Shown here: piece by piece, positions 51,642-63,844 of the stretch
How positions within the stretch are numbered: position 1 is the stretch's first letter
Layout: each line of letters begins with the position of its first letter
Source of the DNA: Mizuhopecten yessoensis
Lineage: Eukaryota
Length of the DNA: 64,000 bases
Direction: 5' to 3'
Assembly (NCBI RefSeq): GCF_002113885.1
Contig: NW_018406194.1
Location: 7,718-71,717 of the forward strand
The notes under the pieces: model-generated
Databases searched by the model: none
Seen by the model: the letters and a program-made list of their open reading frames with translations, nothing else
What the model was told of the DNA's origin: nothing
Program-made: the position numbers and the translations under genes

Positions 51642-51735
51642 CACTGGGAATCCTTCAGGCAACTTTGAAGTCATAAAATCCCTGAGTTTCTGAAATTGTT
51701 TGAATGGTGCTATTACTTCAAGGACATCCAGCAAA
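51635..51735 (-). CDS. ANKRD13C: ANKRD13C exon (LLDVLEVIAPFKQFQKLRDFMTSKLPEGFPVKI)
   Basis: tgcag| ... G|gtacag; phases 2/1; matches LLNVLEVVAPFKHFNKLREFVQMKLPPGFPVKL. Confidence 0.93.
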
Positions 51736-52058
51736 CTGCAAACCAAATACACAAACTTTAAACGTAATACATGATATGGATTTAACCAAATACACAAACT
51801 TTTACCGTAATACATGATATGGATTATCATTTCTGAAAAACTAACATGTATGATGGATTTTCACGACCAGTAATGAGGCAGAATTCCAAAATTTAGAAGG
51901 AGATGTACACATTAATTCCCGACTTTCAATCCTCATACTATTTTTAGACCCCATTTAAAATCCAACACAAGTTTCCTGCCCTCTGGACCAGATCTTACAT
52001 CATTGTTTCTATAAATACTTCAACTTTTATCATATAAAGTATTTATTTTAATACTTAC

Positions 52059-52087
52059 ACACTAACATCCATAGGGAATGCTTTGCT
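52059..52087 (-). CDS. ANKRD13C: ANKRD13C 29-nt exon (SKAFPMDVSV)
   Basis: tttcag| ... |gtaagt; phases 0/2 bridge the neighbouring exons; aligns to SQEFPLGIEL. Confidence 0.88.
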
Positions 52088-52149
52088 CTGAAAACAATAA
52101 GAAGATATAATTATCTGACATTATTTGACAATGATATGATGAACTTAAG

Positions 52150-53275
52150 AGAAATGATATACATGTTCCTAGAATGCTTCTAATGATAGATTTTAAAAAA
52201 GGCGTTTGATTCTGTTTGATGGAAATTTATAGATAAAACACTTTAGCATACATTTTAAATGCCTAAATTAAATTAAACTTTGATGAAAACTGATTAAGAT
52301 TAAATCTCTAATTAAGACTTGGACCAGAAGAATTTTAACCCCTACTGGTAAAATTCATATTATTAAATCTCTTTAATCCCATAATTTAATCACTTATTCA
52401 TCACATTGCCAAATCCAAATGGTGCCTCTTTATTATTAAATTCAACAATATTTTATTTAACTTTCAATGGAATGGCAAAACAGATATGATAAAGAGGAAT
52501 TCTTTTATTATAATGTGTGTGTGTGTGGGGGGGGAGGGGTTAAAAATGATTAACACTCAAGATTTTATAGATTTTATAGAAGATTTTTTCAAAGTTCTAG
52601 CAAGTGACAAGTAATATTCAAGAGTCTTTTTAACATGAACATTTTACTATGAACTGTGGAAGCAATTACATATATAAGTGACAAAACATTTTTGGTCAGA
52701 TGTGTTTAAAGCTTGGAAAAGATTGAACAATTCTAATGTTATGAAGGTGAATCAAAGAGGACAACTTTCACTTCCTAAACCCCGCTATGGTACAACCCAC
52801 ATTTGGTCATTGATCTGTTATTGATAAAGACTGGTATTCTAGGGTGTAAGAGTAGTAAACCCCCGCTATGGTACAACCCACATCTGGTCATTGATCTGTT
52901 ATTGATAAAGACTGGTATTCTAGGGTGTAAGAGTAGTAAACCCCCGCTATTGTACAACCCACAACTGGTCATTGATCTGTTATTTATAAAGACTGGTATT
53001 CTAAGGGTGTAAGAGTAGTAAATGACATATTTAAAGATGTTAGCTCTCTCACTTTCTTCTCTTATCAGGAACTCACAAGGAAATATAATATTTTTTTAAA
53101 TGTCAAGGTACATTTAATACTTTTAGAACTAATATTGAAATACACAGGTTTCAGAGTACAAAGCTTCTTCTCCCTTTTATTCCTTTAAACTTAGAATTAT
53201 TAATCAAAAAGGCTAAAGGAGTAAAAGGCATGGATGAAATTCTCTCCAAGAATAAGGAAATTCAAACAGGCAGGA
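52150..53275 (+). mobile_element. Degenerate L1/Tx1-clade LINE ORF2 fragment (copy 2) with an internal ~81-bp triplication (52777-53020)
   Basis: LLMIDFKK/AFDSV RT motif, HLFITLPNP, WNGKTDMIKR, GLKMIN. Confidence 0.82.
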
Positions 53276-53797
53276 ATTCAAACTTCAGTGATTTTAATTT
53301 AGAATTCTTCATAACATTTTGACAACAAATTCACATTTATTCAAAGCAAACCTAGTAACAGGCCTGTTGTGTACACTCTACAGCTCAGAGAGAGAAACAA
53401 TTACTATAATTATACTGCGGGAATGTCAAGAAATTCAAAATTTACTACAGAGTCTGGATACACTTATAAATGCACTTTTAATTCCATTCACAGTCAAGAA
53501 AGAATCCTTTATTTCTCGAACATGGTCACATAGTAACAAGTATATGAAAATTGATAATGAAATTAACATTATCATTAAACAATACATTTACAAAACAAGA
53601 TGTTTACATAACTCTCTCAAAGTGCACTTAGTTGTACCGGTATATACATAAATACTGAAAAAAAACACTCTTTTCTTGATTAATTCAACTCCAAAATTTT
53701 CTGGAGTTTTTCTTTAAAGATATTATTTGTTTTAAGAAGGGGAAATCAAGCAACAAATTTAGAGGTTTGCAAGATTATTTTTTACAGGAATTCCTAC

Positions 53798-53947
53798 CAT
53801 TGCTACTGTAGCCTTGAAAGACTTGGAGCTTCCCTTAGGGATCCACTGTCGGCCCAGACATGGAGGTTTACCGACTGGGGCAGACATGTAGTCCTCCCAA
53901 CTAACATTTGGCCTTTCAGGTGGATTCAGCGATGGGCGCCTCTGAAA
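53798..53947 (-). CDS. ANKRD13C: ANKRD13C exon ((FQ)RRPSLNPPERPNVSWEDYMSAPVGKPPCLGRQWIPKGSSKSFKATVAM)
   Basis: Two in-frame acceptors (exon start 53947 or 53941), donor |gtagga; matches RRQSLTPP..TWEEYISA..FKATIAM. Confidence 0.92.
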
Positions 53948-55305
53948 CTAAAACCATATATGTATTCTTATAATGAACAATTCTTTAGATGTTATTTGAG
54001 CTCTTAATATTACTACCTGAAACATTTGAGAGTGTTAGAAATATGTGTCAGTGGTGAGACTTTCAACGCCTAAAGATTTTTAAATCTTGTATCAAATGGG
54101 AAAACAGGGGTTAGTAATCTGGAGTGTGACCATAGTCACATAAGGAAGTTGTCGTATGCATGGAATATTCAAAGAAAGTGTTTTTCTCCTGCCCACACAA
54201 CTCCAACAACCCAGGTGGAGTATAAAATGGTCTGGGGTGGATGTTGCAGTATCTGTGCTGTAGCATTCAAGTGAGGTAAGCAAGGTCCCACTACAAACAG
54301 AACACAATACATCTCATTACCCAGGACGAGTTGCGCAACATTATCATGACCTCGCAATCGAAGTCCTNNNNNNNNNNNNNNNNNNNNNNNNNNNNNNNNN
54401 NNNNNNNNNNNNNNNNNNNNNNNNNNNNNNNNNNNNNNNNNNNNNNNNNNNNNNNNNNNNNNNNNNNNNNNNNNNNNNNNNNNNNNNNNNNNNNNNNNNN
54501 NNNNNNNNNNNNNNNNNNNNNNNNNNNNNNNNNNNNNNNNNNNNNNNNNNNNNNNNNNNNNNNNNNNNNNNNNNNNNNNNNNNNNNNNNNNNNNNNNNNN
54601 NNNNNNNNNNNNNNNNNNNNNNNNNNNNNNNNNNNNNNNNNNNNNNNNNNNNNNNNNNNNNNNNNNNNNNNNNNNNNNNNNNNNNNNNNNNNNNNNNNNN
54701 NNNNNNNNNNNNNNNNNNNNNNNNNNNNNNNNNNNNNNNNNNNNNNNNNNNNNNNNNNNNNNNNNNNNNNNNNNNNNNNNNNNNNNNNNNNNNNNNNNNN
54801 NNNNNNNNNNNNNNNNNNNNNNNNNNNNNNNNNNNNNNNNNNNNNNNNNNNNNNNNNNNNNNNNNNNNNNNNNNNNNNNNNNNNNNNNNNNNNNNNNNNN
54901 NNNNNNNNNNNNNNNNNNNNNNNNNNNNNNNNNNNNNNNNNNNNNNNNNNNNNNNNNNNNNNNNNNNNNNNNNNNNNNNNNNNNNNNNNNNNNNNNNNNN
55001 NNNNNNNNNNNNNNNNNNNNNNNNNNNNNNNNNNNNNNNNNNNNNNNNNNNNNNNNNNNNNNNNNNNNNNNNNNNNNNNNNNNNNNNNNNNNNNNNNNNN
55101 NNNNNNNNNNNNNNNNNNNNNNNNNNNNNNNNNNNNNNNNNNNNNNNNNNNNNNNNNNNNNNNNNNNNNNNNNNNNNNNNNNNNNNNNNNNNNNNNNNNN
55201 NNNNNNNNNNNNNNNNNNNNNNNNNNNNNNNNNNNNNNNNNNNNNNNNNNNNNNNNNNNNNNNNNNNNNNNNNNNNNNNNNNNNNNNNNNNNNNNNNNNN
55301 NNNNN

Positions 55306-55968
55306 GGTTGGATTATGGTAACGCCCTGCTCTGTGGTATATCTGACAAACTAACTAGTCGTCTGCAGAGGGTTCAGAACACTGCAGCACGGCTAGTTACT
55401 CGTACTCGAAAGAGAGAGTACATCACACCTGCGCTTTATGCGTTGCAATGGTTACCTGTACGATACAGGTTGCACTACAAAATTCTGGTATACACATACA
55501 AGGCACTGAATGGAACAGCTCCTCAGTACCTACAGGAACTTGTTACCCTGTATCAGCCGTCAAGATCACTGCGGTCGGAGTCAGAATCTTTGTTGTGTGT
55601 TCCAAAATCTTGTACTGTGACCTACGGAAACAGATGCTTTGGGAGGGTTTCGGCTACGTGGTGGAATAGCTTACCATCTGCTATTAGGAAGTCGAATACC
55701 CTGGCCAAGTTCAAGAGGGACATAAAAACTCACCTTTTCACGTCTGCATTTTAGAATCTTTGCAAAGACGTCATGTTAATACCACCCTTTTATTTGTTCA
55801 ATTATGTGCACATTGCTTGTTAAATGTATGAAACTGATTGCAAGCCTTTGTTGTTTGTTTTCACAATTATAAGCATTACTATTATCCATATGTTGTAAAG
55901 TGCCTTAGAGTAATTTTACAAATTATGTAGGGCGCTATATAAATGCTGTATATTATTATTATTATTAT
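55306..55968 (+). mobile_element. L2-clade LINE 3' end (ORF2 C-terminus, 3' UTR, (ATT)n tail), antisense within an ANKRD13C intron; 5' part lies in gap 54368-55305
   Basis: LDYGNALL..LQRVQNTAARLV...LQWLPVRYRLHYKIL...APQYL...SLRS...WNSLPSAIR. Confidence 0.93.
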
Positions 55969-56979
55969 CTCCAGCACACATGCAGGCATACACACATAGG
56001 GAGATATTAGCCAGGTGGCATAGGACTAGTAGCTTGTTAGCACCTGATAAGGCAGCTCCTGCGAATTCCTCAAAATTGTATTGATTAATGTATATGCTGA
56101 TTTATTGATGGTATAAATTGTATATCTATGTATACTGTTAAGCACTTTAGAGTGACCCATTCTAGCTATGTCAAATGGTGTATATCATTGTACGGTATAT
56201 CATTATTAAGGAAACAAGACGACGGACATCTCCCTGTTTGTTGTGTCATTGTGTCAAAACTTCTGAAATCATCATTACCTGGCAACATTGGTCAACAGGT
56301 CGGAGAAATTGGTTCATAATGTCTCACTTCAGCTGCATTGTGACATACATGCTCGTAGACAGTTAATTTAAATGACAAAATGTTGATCCCAAAACAGGTC
56401 ACCATGCTTGCCTAGTAATCCCTATTCCGTCAGTTGAACACTTAGTGTCACTGTTACTGACTCTGTGTTTTTTATTATTTCAGAGTCTATCTATCCTATG
56501 AATTGGATTTTACCAAAAAGTACTCCATCATTTGCTTTATTTCTATTCAAGATAAGAGCGCATAATGAATCATTTACAAATGAGTCAGTGCACTTTAAGA
56601 CAATAATAATGTTGCTGAATCTGACCGGAAAATAAATAGCTCTGAATCACATCATTATTATGAAGATGCACAGTAAATGTCAGGGAAAAATAATCTTTTA
56701 GTCATGATTGCTGATTTTGACCAGAAAATAAACAGCTGTGCATCCTATCATTACCAAGAACTAGATTGTGATATAAAGCGGTATATATAAGAACCTAGAA
56801 TTATTGTTTTAATTATTATGAAGATACACACATATTATTGCACTTAGAGCAGTGACGTCATGTATATCAGTTGGCCAATTAAAACTTTACATAATGGCCA
56901 GATATTGTTAAAATGGCAAAAATCAATGAAAGGCCCTCAACTTTTCCATCCTGTCTGGTATGAAGTAACCCTGTCTGGT

Positions 56980-57299
56980 ATCATGATATAATTATATTGA
57001 TAAAGAGCTTACATCACAGTTGTTCCGTGTACCCTTGGTGACATGATATGATATAATTATATTGATAAAGAGCTTACATCACAGTTGTCCCATGTTCCCT
57101 TGGTGACATGATATGATATAATTATATATGATAAAGAGCTTACATCACAGTTGTCCCGTGTACCCTTGGTGACATGATATGATATAATTATATTGATAAA
57201 GAGCTTACATCACAGTTGTCCCGTGTACCCTTGGTGACACGATATGATATAATTATATGATAAATAGCTTACATCACAGTTGTCCCATGTTCCCTTGGT
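56980..57299. repeat. ~65-bp tandem repeat x5 containing the last ~27 nt of an ANKRD13C exon plus its GTAAGC donor
   Basis: GCTTACATCACAGTTGTCCC..CCCTTGGT recurs at ~65-nt spacing and ends in the real exon. Confidence 0.93.
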
Positions 57300-57357
57300 C
57301 AGGTTTTCCATTATGGCTTTGTTTTTTTGAACATCCTCTGGAGACAGGTGTTCCCTC
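57273..57357 (-). CDS. ANKRD13C: ANKRD13C exon (REHLSPEDVQKNKAIMENLTKGTWDNCD)
   Basis: ttacag| ... |gtaagc; phases 2/0. Confidence 0.93.
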
Positions 57358-57710
57358 CTGTAAAACAAGACACTTATTGAAACCTGTCAGATAAAAACTA
57401 ATCGTTGAAAGATGTTGGGAACTGAACTATTCCTATACAACTTTAACATGTTAACGGTCCAGACATATGTTGGATTTTTTTTAGGAGTACCAACGGAGAA
57501 TTCAGAATTAAATTTGCCGCCGTTTGTGTCAAAAACTCTTGACAATATTTTTCTGTTTGCCTTCTTTAAGGCAGGATTATATATAGACATATATATAATG
57601 CAACTAAAAATACATGTAATGTTGAAAATAAATACTTCAGTTTTTAATGCCTATTCCTATGTTTGTTCACATATATATTGTACTTTTTATTTTTACACCC
57701 CTGGCTTTAC

Positions 57711-57778
57711 CTTTTTCTAGAATCTAATGTAAGTCCATTTATAAAGTAATAATCCGCTTCATATTCACCAACCATTTC
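57711..57778 (-). CDS. ANKRD13C: ANKRD13C exon (EMVGEYEADYYFINGLTLDSRKR)
   Basis: ttttacag| ... AG|gtaaag; phases 0/2; aligns to ERVGNFLADFYLVNGLVLESRKR. Confidence 0.92.
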
Positions 57779-58661
57779 CTGTAAAAAAAAAACATTTTGA
57801 AGAAATACAACAAATTTTAACATGTATTTCCCAACTTGAGGTTTAGATTTCAGCTATATAATGTTATATGTTATCTATCAATATCCATCAGATTTAGTAT
57901 TAAACAAGGTTTAAAATCGATACAAATCCCCTCGCATGTGGTTCAAGATTTCCTATTTTACAGTACAAGAAAACGGTTAGATGTATTCTCATACTTGACC
58001 ACAACATGAAGCTGAACAACAATATATTTTAAAGAAACACAAATCTAAACCCACAATTGACCAATACATGATTTTGATCAAAATTCATGCAGGATCGAAT
58101 TTGCTAGAGGGATGACAATGATTTTTTTTATAAATAGCGACCTTGAATTTGACCTTGGCTCCCTGAAACACAACTTGTTTAAGGTATTGTATTGAACAAA
58201 CATGTCTTCTTCTTTTTTTAAACTAGGTAATGCATGAACTTGATGAAAACATGACATAATCCGTGCTATATTTTATAGGGCTTTCCCGTAAAAATTGAGA
58301 GGTAAAACTGGGGATAGCAGGGAAACATAATTGGCAGCATAGACATTCAATAACTGAAATATTATTTTTGATGGTTTGACCCCTTTAAAAATGCTTGAGT
58401 ATAATTTGTGTGTTTCCCTGATCTTGGTTCAATATCTGTATGTGTTTATACACTCACATGCAAAGTAGTGTCAGTGTTGGACAAAGGTATTTGAATAGTA
58501 ACAGTGACCTTGACCCCCTAAAATAGGAACTCATTAAAGCTATTGTAATACCTGACCTTTGTATAAAGTTTATTAAAATCTGTTAAGATGCCGTTATCAG
58601 TTTCATGTGACTGGGTGCATTGGACACGGTAATTCAGTGAGTAACATGTAGCAGTCTTTAA

Positions 58662-58744
58662 CCCTTTCACCCCTATGTAACTTCAGTAGACTCTACCATG
58701 CATTGATATGAATGAGTCCATTATGGTCTACAGTGGTGAAAGGG
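58662..58744. mobile_element. 83-bp piggyBac-type MITE
   Basis: TTAA|CCCTTTCACC ... GGTGAAAGGG|TTAA. Confidence 0.85.
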
Positions 58745-59028
58745 TTAAGTCAGCATCAGATCCATGCTTTCACATACTAGTGTTAAAGGCAAATACAACA
58801 ACATACCACCTTCAGCATGCATTACATTATACACATAGTGGCACAACCTTATACATTATATCTGCTGCTAATGAGACACTTAACTCAATACACCAATGCC
58901 AAGGAAACCAATAGATCAATGGCACTGACTCCAGACAGAGAAAACACACCAGGACACAATTTTGACCTATAAACTACAATTATTGTTTGATTTGTTCAGT
59001 TATTGCTGATATAAGAAGAACAACCTAC

Positions 59029-59160
59029 TGTTTTGTCCTCCCTGAACAGCCAGCCACTCTGTGCTCTTGTGAATGTGATGTTCTTTGTTGACATCTGAGC
59101 AGCCATTATATCGCTGCTCATCAGGATGTCAACTTCATCATCCATTTCCTTCTCGCTCTC
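59029..59160 (-). CDS. ANKRD13C: ANKRD13C exon (ESEKEMDDEVDILMSSDIMAAQMSTKNITFTRAQSGWLFREDKT)
   Basis: cag| ... |gtaggt; 132 nt, phases 0/0. Confidence 0.95.
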
Positions 59161-59617
59161 CTGTCCCAAAACAAACATAACTATTAATCTATCTGCTCAG
59201 CAGGATGTACCCCCCCCACCACACACACTTTGTCCCAAAACAAAGATAGCCTTAATCTAACATTCAGTAGAAGTTACTTCCCTTGTCCTTAAAATATATG
59301 CCCCGCTTTGACCATCAATGCACATATCAGAGAATTCGAAACTGACTTAAACGCAAAAACTTAATGTTGATGGAGATGCTGACAAAGTCAATGGACCATG
59401 AAAAGTAGGATGCGTCCAGCATTTGATGCATGGGTCGAGATGTACAACCTAAGATGCATCTATGGTCCAAGTTTGGTTGGTGTAGCACTTATACTTTCAG
59501 AGAAATTAACTTAAACGCAATAACTTAATGTTGACGCCGCCATCGCGGGAAAAGCAACACCATATAAGTCTCGCTTCCACTTAGGGCGGTGAGACAATAA
59601 CCTTTAGTACTGTATAC

Positions 59618-59762
59618 CTCATATCGGATCCTCTGGAACACAAACAGTTTGTTATCTAGCACAGTCAGGCTCTGCTGGGGGTCCTCCTCTCCGTTAAACA
59701 CGAAAGTAATGTCCCCTCGCTCCCAATGCATGTCGTTGAAGTCTACTAGAGTTGTATCAAGT
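59618..59762 (-). CDS. ANKRD13C: ANKRD13C exon (LDTTLVDFNDMHWERGDITFVFNGEEDPQQSLTVLDNKLFVFQRIRYE)
   Basis: tacag| ... GAG|gtatac; phases 2/0. Confidence 0.95.
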
Positions 59763-60247
59763 CTGTACAGAAAAGGGTTTCTATTATTACATGTTTACAT
59801 ACAAAACATTCCTGTATTATCAATGTTCCTTATGCAAACATTTTTTTGGGGAATTGTCATATTAAAATAAGGTTATAATAAATAAATTATTATGCATCTT
59901 TGTACAGATAAGCTAGTTATATCAATGTTTTATTAACTCTCTCCAAAAGATATAAATCCTAATCAGTTAGCTGTGACATCATCATAAAAGATGTCAGTTG
60001 TCTTCTAGTTAATTATGATATATATATATATAATTACATGTAGTAAAACGTATTATAAAACACCCAGCTCAAAAATAGCAGCTTTCACCCTTCAAAGGCC
60101 TGGGCTCTTGAGGTAACAGGTTTTGAAATCTAGTTTAAGGTAGTCATTAAATCTTATTTTTCTCTCCACAGATGTCTATTCTTTTTAACTACATCCAATG
60201 GGTACACCATAAATGAAAAAGTCATTCAACACTAAAAGATATGTAAG

Positions 60248-60357
60248 ACTAGAAAATGTTTGTAAGACATAAATGCCCCCGCTCATGGATGGGATGGGAC
60301 GCGACGCGACAGACAAGGGCAACACTATATGCCCCCAATTTTATGGCGGGGCATAAA
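60248..60357. mobile_element. Short HINE-like element
   Basis: GGATG/GACGC microsatellite then terminal hairpin TATGCCCCC...GGGGCATAA. Confidence 0.5.
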
Positions 60358-60476
60358 CTCGAGAAAAATTGTTCTACCATGAGAACATTACATCTTAATT
60401 AGATCAATACATGTCATAAACTAATAAAATTGGTTCATGTCTCAGGTCAATTGCATTTATATGAACAAAATAGCAA

Positions 60477-60865
60477 CATGGATGGATGGATGGATTATTA
60501 GCTGTTTATTGTTGCTATGAGAAACAGCATGGATGGATGGGTTATTAGCTGTTTATTGTTGCTATGAGAAACATCATGGATGGATGGATTATTAGCTGTT
60601 TATTGTTGCTATGAGAAACAGCATGGATGGATGGGTTATTAGCTGTTTATTGTTGCTATGAGAAACATCATGGATGGATGGATTATTAGCCGTTTATTGT
60701 TGCTATGAGAAACAATATGGATGGATGGATTATTAGCTGTTTATTGTTGCTATGAGATACATCATGGATGGATGGATTAATAGCTGTTTATTGTTGCTAT
60801 GAGAAACATTATGGATGGATGGATTATTAGCTGTTTATTGTTGCTATGAGAAACATCATGGATGA
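60477..60865. repeat. 47-bp minisatellite (CATGGATGGATGGATTATTAGCTGTTTATTGTTGCTATGAGAAACAT), ~8 copies
   Basis: Direct periodicity. Confidence 0.95.
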
Positions 60866-60983
60866 AAGGATTAAAGTAGTGCACTTTTCTATGAGAAAAT
60901 GATCTGTAATAGTTTCTTCAAACATTAAACTTATTTCTCAACTGTGACATCAATATGCACTAAAAAAAGTCTGTTAACTTTAC

Positions 60984-61050
60984 CGTATACAACAACCCTT
61001 CTTGTGGATTTTACAGACATCTGAAGGCAGAATTCTTGACACCAAAGGGA
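60984..61050 (-). CDS. ANKRD13C: ANKRD13C exon (VPLVSRILPSDVCKIHKKGCCIR)
   Basis: tttccag| ... CG|gtaaag; phases 1/2. Confidence 0.94.
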
Positions 61051-62880
61051 CTGGAAATATAATGAAGACATGTCAGAATTTTAAAAAATTAGGACAGAGT
61101 AGAAGTGTTTATTGTCATACCCCTCTGTGACACATACAACCTGATACACTCAGCACAGTAGATTTGAGAAAGGAACAAAGGGTTGATCCAGACAATGCCC
61201 GGGTTTCTGACCCTGAGAAAAATGATTTTCATCCCAGGGAGAAACCATTACACAGTGAATCCCCATATGTGCAGATATTCCCAAGATCTTGGAGAAGATT
61301 AATATTTTATGTTACGACAGAGTTCTATTCCAGATATATAATCTTTGATAGTTGCACAGCATTGTAAAAAATATTCCAAACAAACTTGAATTAAAAAAAA
61401 AAAAAAATGGCTTTTGGCCCCTAAACTATGGATAACGGTTCAGCACATTGCTTACACTCTATATACATGTCTCATCCCTGTAATATTCAGCAGTGTATTG
61501 AGAATGCTGATCCAACACTGCACATAAAAGGAGTAATATTAATAAAGCTACATGTAAAATATCCATACCTATAATGTACTCTTGCTCATTCAAAACAACC
61601 TGTTACAAGAATTTAACAGATATGACCTTGGTGACCTTGAAAATGCAGACGTATTCCACAAGGAATACAAGAGTCTGGCCATAGTAGTAGAGTTATCAAT
61701 TAGGTAAAGATGACCATGACAACGTCGTACTAGGCTGAACCAGTTCAACCCAGTACGACGTTGTCATGGTCATCTGTACCTGATTTACAACTCTACTACT
61801 ACGGCCAGACTCTTGTATCACATGTGGAATCTGTCTGCTGGGCATCACAGACCGCTGATTTTGTGCAAATTCAAACTTGCATACCACGTTTCATCAAAAT
61901 TGAACGATAATGACAGCAAGTTATCTTGTGGAAACCAATGTGTGGCCAGAAAGATGGGCAGGTCGATAGATACTCCTAATACCATAATATGTCCCGTCAA
62001 TTCTTTTGACGGGCATATAATAATAACAAGGTTACTGCAAAGTGGTACATATCACGCCTGTCACACTTTAATATCTAATAAAGGGGCAAGACTCCATAAA
62101 ATGTGCAAATGTGGTTGTACAGTTTTCATTATTGGAATTTAAATTTCATTCCATCCAGAGAGTAAATAATCATGATACATGCTCAACAGAAATCTATCCT
62201 TCATCATAGACTAGTAACAAATAGTTTGTCAAGGGGAGGTAACTGTTGTTTACTCATTAGAGCATTGTCATCTCTTCCTGTGCTTTGTCCAAGTTGTTTG
62301 GTGTCCTGTCTCTAAATAGCCTCTTATTATAACCCTGGATAAGTCTGTACACTCCCGGTACATAAAACTATGAGATATGCCAGGAGACATTTAATAAAGT
62401 AGGGAAGTATAGGTAGCCAGGCGTTTGAGTACATCATTCAAATCATTGCACGCTACGCAGGGAAAGGATGTATATATATGTTCAGGACAGACTCCACCTC
62501 CACATTCTGGCCACTGTGGACCTCTGTGACTTCACCTCCACATTCTGGTCACTGTGGACCTCTGTGACTTCACCTCTTGACAGGACCACACGGAACTGTC
62601 AAGATCTGCATCCAGTCACAAGTTCTTGCACTGGACGTCCTTGGTAAGTGTGTAAGTTTGTAAATCTATGAAGTGATATCATTTTATACAGTATATAATC
62701 AATATTCATATTTTATCAGTTGTATATACATTACTGTAGCATGTGAGCGATGTTTGAGTGATTCTGTTTCTTTAATGGGTGTTTTTGTCCACAACATGGC
62801 GAGTATACCATATCAATTGGCGATACTTTTACTGATGTTGAGCATGTATACTGACATATCTAACGTTTGTACCGACTTAC

Positions 62881-63012
62881 CCCAACTTTGAAAATCCCAC
62901 TTCAGTTCTAAGTAGAAATCTCCTATATCTCGTAGAGCCTGCACAAGAGACGGTCTCCGATTTTCAAGGGACTCTCGAGACTGTTGTTTTAGTTTTCTCA
63001 GTAGACAAAGAA
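62881..63012 (-). CDS. ANKRD13C: ANKRD13C exon (ILCLLRKLKQQSRESLENRRPSLVQALRDIGDFYLELKWDFQSW)
   Basis: tttccag| ... G|gtaagt; 132 nt, phases 1/1. Confidence 0.95.
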
Positions 63013-63332
63013 CTGGAAATAAATTAGCATGTGAAGTTCAAACTAGTTTACATTATCATGTGTGTTTATATTATCTAGTGATGACTTGTAACATCCTCGA
63101 TCAGGATTTTTTTAAACAACTGTGCAATTATATTGTGCAATCATGTTTTGATGCAATTAAAGTCATACATGTGTGTTAAATTCATCGTACATATTTCTTT
63201 AATTGTCCAGACAAATTTGACGGCACTGCACTACACATGTTGATAATCATGTAGTGATGTAAGATGATAAAACTTGTAGAACTGTTCAACCAGACAGTAA
63301 AGATGGTTGAGGAAATAATTCCATATGATTAC

Positions 63333-63437
63333 TTGTTTGTCTGTCTCCAAAGCTGATGGACTCTGCCAATGGTGTCCATCCTTGGGTATTTTTTATACGA
63401 ACAGGAGCGCCATGAGCAAGCAGTAAGTGCAGACATT
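63333..63437 (-). CDS. ANKRD13C: ANKRD13C ankyrin-repeat exon (ECLHLLLAHGAPVRIKNTQGWTPLAESISFGDRQT); upstream exons lie beyond the window
   Basis: tttcag| ... A|gtaatc; matches ECAHLLLAHNAPVKVKNAQGWSPLAEAISYGDRQM. Confidence 0.94.
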
Positions 63438-63836
63438 CTGAAACATAATGCACAGATACCATGATCAAGGAGTAAGTACAGACATTCTGAAACATGATGC
63501 ACAGAAACAATGATCAAGGAGAGAAACCATGATCAAGGAGTATAAGTACAGACACCCTGAAACATAATGCACAGATACGATGATCAAGGAGTAAGTGTAG
63601 ACATTCTGAAAGATAATGCACAGATCCCATGATCAAGGAGAGAAACCATGATCAAGGAGTATAAGTACAGACACCCTGAAACATAATGCACAGATACGAT
63701 GATCAAGGAGTAAGTGTAGACATTATGAAACATAATGCACAGATACCATGGTCAAGGAGTAAGTGTAGACATTCTGAAACATGATGCACAGATACCATGA
63801 TCAAGGAGAGAAACCATGATCAAGGAGAGAAACCAT
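63409..63836. repeat. ~49-bp tandem repeat (with 19-bp sub-repeat) containing the ANKRD13C acceptor and the first ~28 nt of the exon
   Basis: Minus-strand unit ATGTTTCAG|AATGTCTGTACTTACTCCTTGATCATGG vs real exon CAG|AATGTCTGCACTTACTGCTTGCTCATGG. Confidence 0.92.
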
Positions 63837-63844
63837 TTATTTGG

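Noticed and set aside
50331-51693. 445-aa and 437-aa + strand ORFs
   Set aside because: Antisense readings of the 21-bp minisatellite
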